From assembly GCA_018658465.1 (NCBI GenBank), contig JABHVE010000014.1, positions 1 to 53,224 on the forward strand: a stretch of 53,224 nucleotides of DNA, in the 5' to 3' direction. The notes under the pieces were generated by a model. It was not told the DNA's origin, made no database searches, and saw only the letters and a list, made by a program, of their open reading frames with translations. The stretch's first letter is position 1. Every line of letters begins with the position of its first letter. Below, piece by piece: positions 49,751-53,224 of the stretch. The position numbers and the translations under genes are program-made. This DNA comes from Alphaproteobacteria bacterium. GTDB taxonomy: Bacteria; Pseudomonadota; Alphaproteobacteria; UBA2966; CAIVPW01.

Positions 49751-52060
49751 CTATTTCGAAGTCATGACCCAAACCCCATTCCAATCTTTGGGGTTCTTTT
49801 TCTTCATGGTCTGATTCCGCTCGATATAAGTGTGCGACAGGGCGTCATTGGGGTTGGCATCCAGGACTTCCTTGAACCGGCCGATGGACTTATCCCAATT
49901 GCCCTGGCGGAATTCTTTGATTCCTTCGCGGAAGTAATTCACCGCATCCATCAGATTGGGGAAGCTTTCTTCCGTGTGGTAATCCAGCAATTCGATCACC
50001 CCCACCGGTTCCGTCTTGCCCTTGACGATCACATAATCGATCTCCCGTGACCGATAGGTGCCCTTCAGTTTGGCGTAGGTGAATTCGGAAATCAGCAGTT
50101 TGGCGGAATATTGCTTGCAGGCGCTTTCCAGACGCGCCGCCAAATTCACCCCATCTCCGATCAGCGTGAAGTCCATGCGCTTTGGCGACCCAATGTTGCC
50201 GGAAACAACGTGGTCCGTATTCAAGCCAACGCCCATCTCCACACGCATTTGTCCGGCGGCCTCGCGTTTGTCATTCCATTCGCGCAAATCAACCAACATT
50301 TTCAAAGCTGCGCGCACGGCCCGGTCTTCATCGTCGCCGTGATCCACCGGTATGCCAAAGGCCGCCATGATGGCGTCGCCGATAAACTTATCCAGCATCC
50401 CATCTTCTTCTTGGATGCAGTCCACCATCAGAGTGAAGTATTCGTTCAGCAATGAAACGGTGCCTTGGGGCCCCAACTGCTCGGTAAGGGTGGTGAAGCT
50501 GCGCACATCGGAAAACAACACTGTCGCCACAGATTCGGTACCACCCATAACGTCTTCGCCGGCGGCCAGCATTTGTTCGGCAATGCCGGGGTCCATGTAC
50601 CGGGACATGGTGGATTTCATGCGCTTTTCCGAACTGATGTCTTCGATCATCAGCAACGAGCCCAATTTCTTTTGCTGATCGGTTTCGTTAACCAGTGGCA
50701 ATATTGTGATGTTGGCGGAAACCTTCTCGCCGGGGGCATCTTCGTCCTCTCCGGCCACCTCCACATCCGCGTCCATGAAGATTTCTTGTTCTTGGCTTTC
50801 GCTGACACTGTCGATTTTTTCCAGGATCCATTCGTTGGCACCAGCGAAAAATTCTTTGGCCGACGCCCCGATGATCGCATCCTCGGCCACATTCAAAATC
50901 CGCAGACCCGCGGTGTTGCAGGTGACGATGACACCTTCGTCGTCCATGGTGATGACGCCATTGGACATACTTTCCAGCATGCTTTCGTTGTAGTTCTTCA
51001 TGGTTTGAACATCGTCGAACAGCTTGGCGTTTTCCAAGGCGATAGACACTTGGGCGGTAAATGCCTTTAGGCGGGATTCATCCTCGGAATTAAATGGCCC
51101 GCCGCGTTTGTTCAGAACCTGGGTGACGCCGATTACTTTGCCCTTTTTGTTGATGACCGGAACGCACAGCATGGATCGGGTAAAAAATCCGGTCTGCTTG
51201 TCGAAGGCTGGGTTAAAGCGCAGATCCGCATAGGCGTGGGGAATGTTGATTGTATGGCCCGAGGTAAACACGGCCCCTGCGATCCCCAAATGATTGGGCA
51301 GGCGAATTTCGCCAAGTGAGTCTCCCTGGGCCACACGCGAAAAAAGCTCATTGGTTTTTTCGTCGCTCAGGAACAGCGTTGAACGTTCCGCCTTCAACAT
51401 GCTGGTGGCCTCGGACATGACCTTTTGCAGCAATGCGCCCAAATCAATTTCCGCTGTAACGTCGGAAACCACATCCAGAAACTGCATTTCCGTGGCCCGG
51501 TCCCGGGCCATATTTTCCAGCCGTTGGGTGCTTTGCAATGCCGTGGCTGCCTGGGTGGTCATGGCCTCTAGGAAACTCATGTCGCGCTTTGTGAACCGGC
51601 CCTTTTTTTTGTTCAGGGCCTGGACCACACCAATGACTTCACCGCCAACCGTGCGAATTGGCGCGCAAAGAATGTTGCGTGTGACAAATCCCGTTTGCTC
51701 GTCCACTTCGGCGTTAAACCTGGGATCGGCGTGGGCATCGTGGATCATCAGACCTTCGCCGGCCGTAAAAGCCTGGCCGGCAATACCGCTAGAATTCAGT
51801 ATGCGGATTTCCCGCATGTGATCGCCCAGAGCCACGCGGGAATACAATTCGCCCGTTTGATCGTCATTCAAAAACAAACTGCCCCGTTCAGACTGGGTTT
51901 CCTGAGTCACGATTTCCACCAAGGTGCGAAGCACCTCGTCCACCGTTTCCATGGCCGCGACCGTCCGCGAGATACTCAGCAGAGTTTCCATCTCTCGCAT
52001 ACGGGTCCCGGAATCGGCGGAACCGCGGGTTCCGGTTTTAACCTGGGGACGAGTTGCCAT
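49751..52060 (-). CDS. Class III adenylate cyclase, GAF-GAF-PAS-CYC
   Basis: Two GAF domains ending NKK-x-G-x-F and NKRGGPF; PAS; VLFSDVRSFT, DKFIGDAIMA, MDFTLIGDGVNLAARLES (Lys/Asp ATP-specifying residues); C-terminal WNGVW. Confidence 0.95.
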   Translation of the reverse strand: MATRPQVKTGTRGSADSGTRMREMETLLSISRTVAAMETVDEVLRTLVEIVTQETQSERGSLFLNDDQTGELYSRVALGDHMREIRILNSSGIAGQAFTAGEGLMIHDAHADPRFNAEVDEQTGFVTRNILCAPIRTVGGEVIGVVQALNKKKGRFTKRDMSFLEAMTTQAATALQSTQRLENMARDRATEMQFLDVVSDVTAEIDLGALLQKVMSEATSMLKAERSTLFLSDEKTNELFSRVAQGDSLGEIRLPNHLGIAGAVFTSGHTINIPHAYADLRFNPAFDKQTGFFTRSMLCVPVINKKGKVIGVTQVLNKRGGPFNSEDESRLKAFTAQVSIALENAKLFDDVQTMKNYNESMLESMSNGVITMDDEGVIVTCNTAGLRILNVAEDAIIGASAKEFFAGANEWILEKIDSVSESQEQEIFMDADVEVAGEDEDAPGEKVSANITILPLVNETDQQKKLGSLLMIEDISSEKRMKSTMSRYMDPGIAEQMLAAGEDVMGGTESVATVLFSDVRSFTTLTEQLGPQGTVSLLNEYFTLMVDCIQEEDGMLDKFIGDAIMAAFGIPVDHGDDEDRAVRAALKMLVDLREWNDKREAAGQMRVEMGVGLNTDHVVSGNIGSPKRMDFTLIGDGVNLAARLESACKQYSAKLLISEFTYAKLKGTYRSREIDYVIVKGKTEPVGVIELLDYHTEESFPNLMDAVNYFREGIKEFRQGNWDKSIGRFKEVLDANPNDALSHTYIERNQTMKKKNPKDWNGVWVMTSK

Positions 52061-52063
52061 GGC

Positions 52064-52918
52064 TTAGTCTTCCTTTTTCCGGGTTCGGGTCGTCGATCCC
52101 CTGGGTTGCTTTGAAATTCGTTTCTTTGAGTCGGATTTCTTTGATTTGGGGCTCGATCGCCCTTTGTTTGCGGTATCCAATTCTGATCGCATGGTGGCGA
52201 TGGTGTTCTGCAAATGCTTCACTTCGTCGTGGCGGTCGCGTTCAGACACCTGAAGCTGTTCTGCGCTGGTGTACAGCTGGCCATCCAATTCGTCGCGCAA
52301 GGCCTGAGACGTGGATTTCAGTTGGATAACCTCTTCGGTGTACCCCACGACCGTTGCCTGGACCCTCGCATCCGCGTCAAACCGGTACTTTTCCAATTCG
52401 TCGCGCAAATTTTGAGCCGTAGTTTTCAGTTGGACAATTTCGTCGTTGGCATTGGCCACCGCATGCTGAACTCGAGCATCTGCATCGAACCGCATTTCTT
52501 CCAACTCGTCGCGCAAGTGCTGGGCGGTCGCTTTTAGTTGCACAATTTCGTCATTCGCGTTGGCCACAGCGTGTTGAACCCGAGCGTCGGCTTCGAACCG
52601 CATTTCTTCCATTGTGTCCCGCAAAGTTTGGGCGGTAGCCTTCAGCTGCTTGATCTCGTCAAAGGCATTGGCAGTTGCCTCTTGGACCCGGGCGTCGGCG
52701 TCATAATGCATCCGCTCCATTTGGTCGCGCAAAGCAGCTGCGGCCTCGCGCAGCTGACGCTGTTCGCCTTCGGCCGCCGCAACGGCGTCCTGAACCCGCG
52801 CCCTACCCTCTAAATGCTCTTGTTCGAGCTCTTTACGAAGAGCGGCAATGACGTTCCGCAAGTCGCGGATTTCCAGCTCGTCCCGTCGCATATCATAAGT
52901 TTGTTCAGTGGAAGTCAT
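52064..52918 (-). CDS. Coiled-coil protein of 36-residue repeats with a basic tail
   Basis: Repeat unit MRFDADARVQHAVANANDEIVQLKATAQHLRDELEE; Lys/Arg/Ser-rich C-terminus; ends 3 nt before the cyclase start. Confidence 0.85.
   Translation of the reverse strand: MTSTEQTYDMRRDELEIRDLRNVIAALRKELEQEHLEGRARVQDAVAAAEGEQRQLREAAAALRDQMERMHYDADARVQEATANAFDEIKQLKATAQTLRDTMEEMRFEADARVQHAVANANDEIVQLKATAQHLRDELEEMRFDADARVQHAVANANDEIVQLKTTAQNLRDELEKYRFDADARVQATVVGYTEEVIQLKSTSQALRDELDGQLYTSAEQLQVSERDRHDEVKHLQNTIATMRSELDTANKGRSSPKSKKSDSKKRISKQPRGSTTRTRKKED
52172..52819 (-). repeat. 6 x 108-bp coding tandem repeat
   Basis: Six ungapped 36-aa units (aa 34-249); the central units are nearly identical. Confidence 0.85.
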
Positions 52919-53123
52919 TAATTACCCATCGCCACGTACCTGTGCCCAACAGTTCCCCCAAAATTCAGCGCCGGTTGAGCTGACTTATTGGGCCTATCCT
53001 CGCCATTCCCGCGCCCACCGCAAGGGGTTTAGGTCATTCGTACCCAATGCGGATACGTACTGAACCTGATTCCTTCCGCGTAGAACTTGGTTAAGATACT
53101 ATCAGGAATATTGGGGAGTAAGG

Positions 53124-53224
53124 ATGATCGCGATGATCCCAGCCACAATCCCAGTCCGCCCACGCTCGATCCTTGCGCCGGCGTTGATCCTTCTTTGTGC
53201 GACGCTGCTCACCGCTTGCGGCGG
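53124..53224 (+). CDS. Putative lipoprotein, N-terminus only
   Basis: GGAGTAAGG RBS; MIAMIPATIPVRPRSILAPALILLCATLLTACG with lipobox LTA-C; truncated by the window edge. Confidence 0.6.
   Translation, partial: MIAMIPATIPVRPRSILAPALILLCATLLTACG

Overview
A GC-rich alphaproteobacterial chromosome segment, probably Rhodospirillales-like (inferred from gene content). It opens with the conserved tuf-tRNA-Gly-tRNA-Tyr-rlmB block, followed by msrA, an MscS channel, tRNA-Thr, Sel1/TPR proteins, typA, pncA, thiI, a Liv-type ABC transporter, ubiX, a Cle-like receiver with an Hpt protein, and a GltD/PyrK-like fused oxidoreductase. The right half looks like a lithoautotrophy region: cytochrome c, soxC with two soxD-like genes, a Calvin-cycle operon (pfp-prk-tkt-gap-pgk-cbbL-cbbS-cbbX), a persulfide dioxygenase-rhodanese fusion and a GAF-GAF-PAS adenylate cyclase operon. 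Two candidates for an undescribed system stand out. (1) The Calvin operon is chimeric: PPi-type PFK replaces cbbF, the PRK is not the proteobacterial type, the red-type Rubisco has form ID-like motifs, and there is no cbbR, but an atypical LuxR regulator lies upstream with candidate operator repeats. (2) A tandemly duplicated, translationally coupled two-gene cassette (5119-6557) encodes four small membrane-anchored proteins that share a P-x26-C-x28/29-C signature. No CRISPR array, integrase or transposase was seen. All family calls come from motif recognition by eye; no searches were run.
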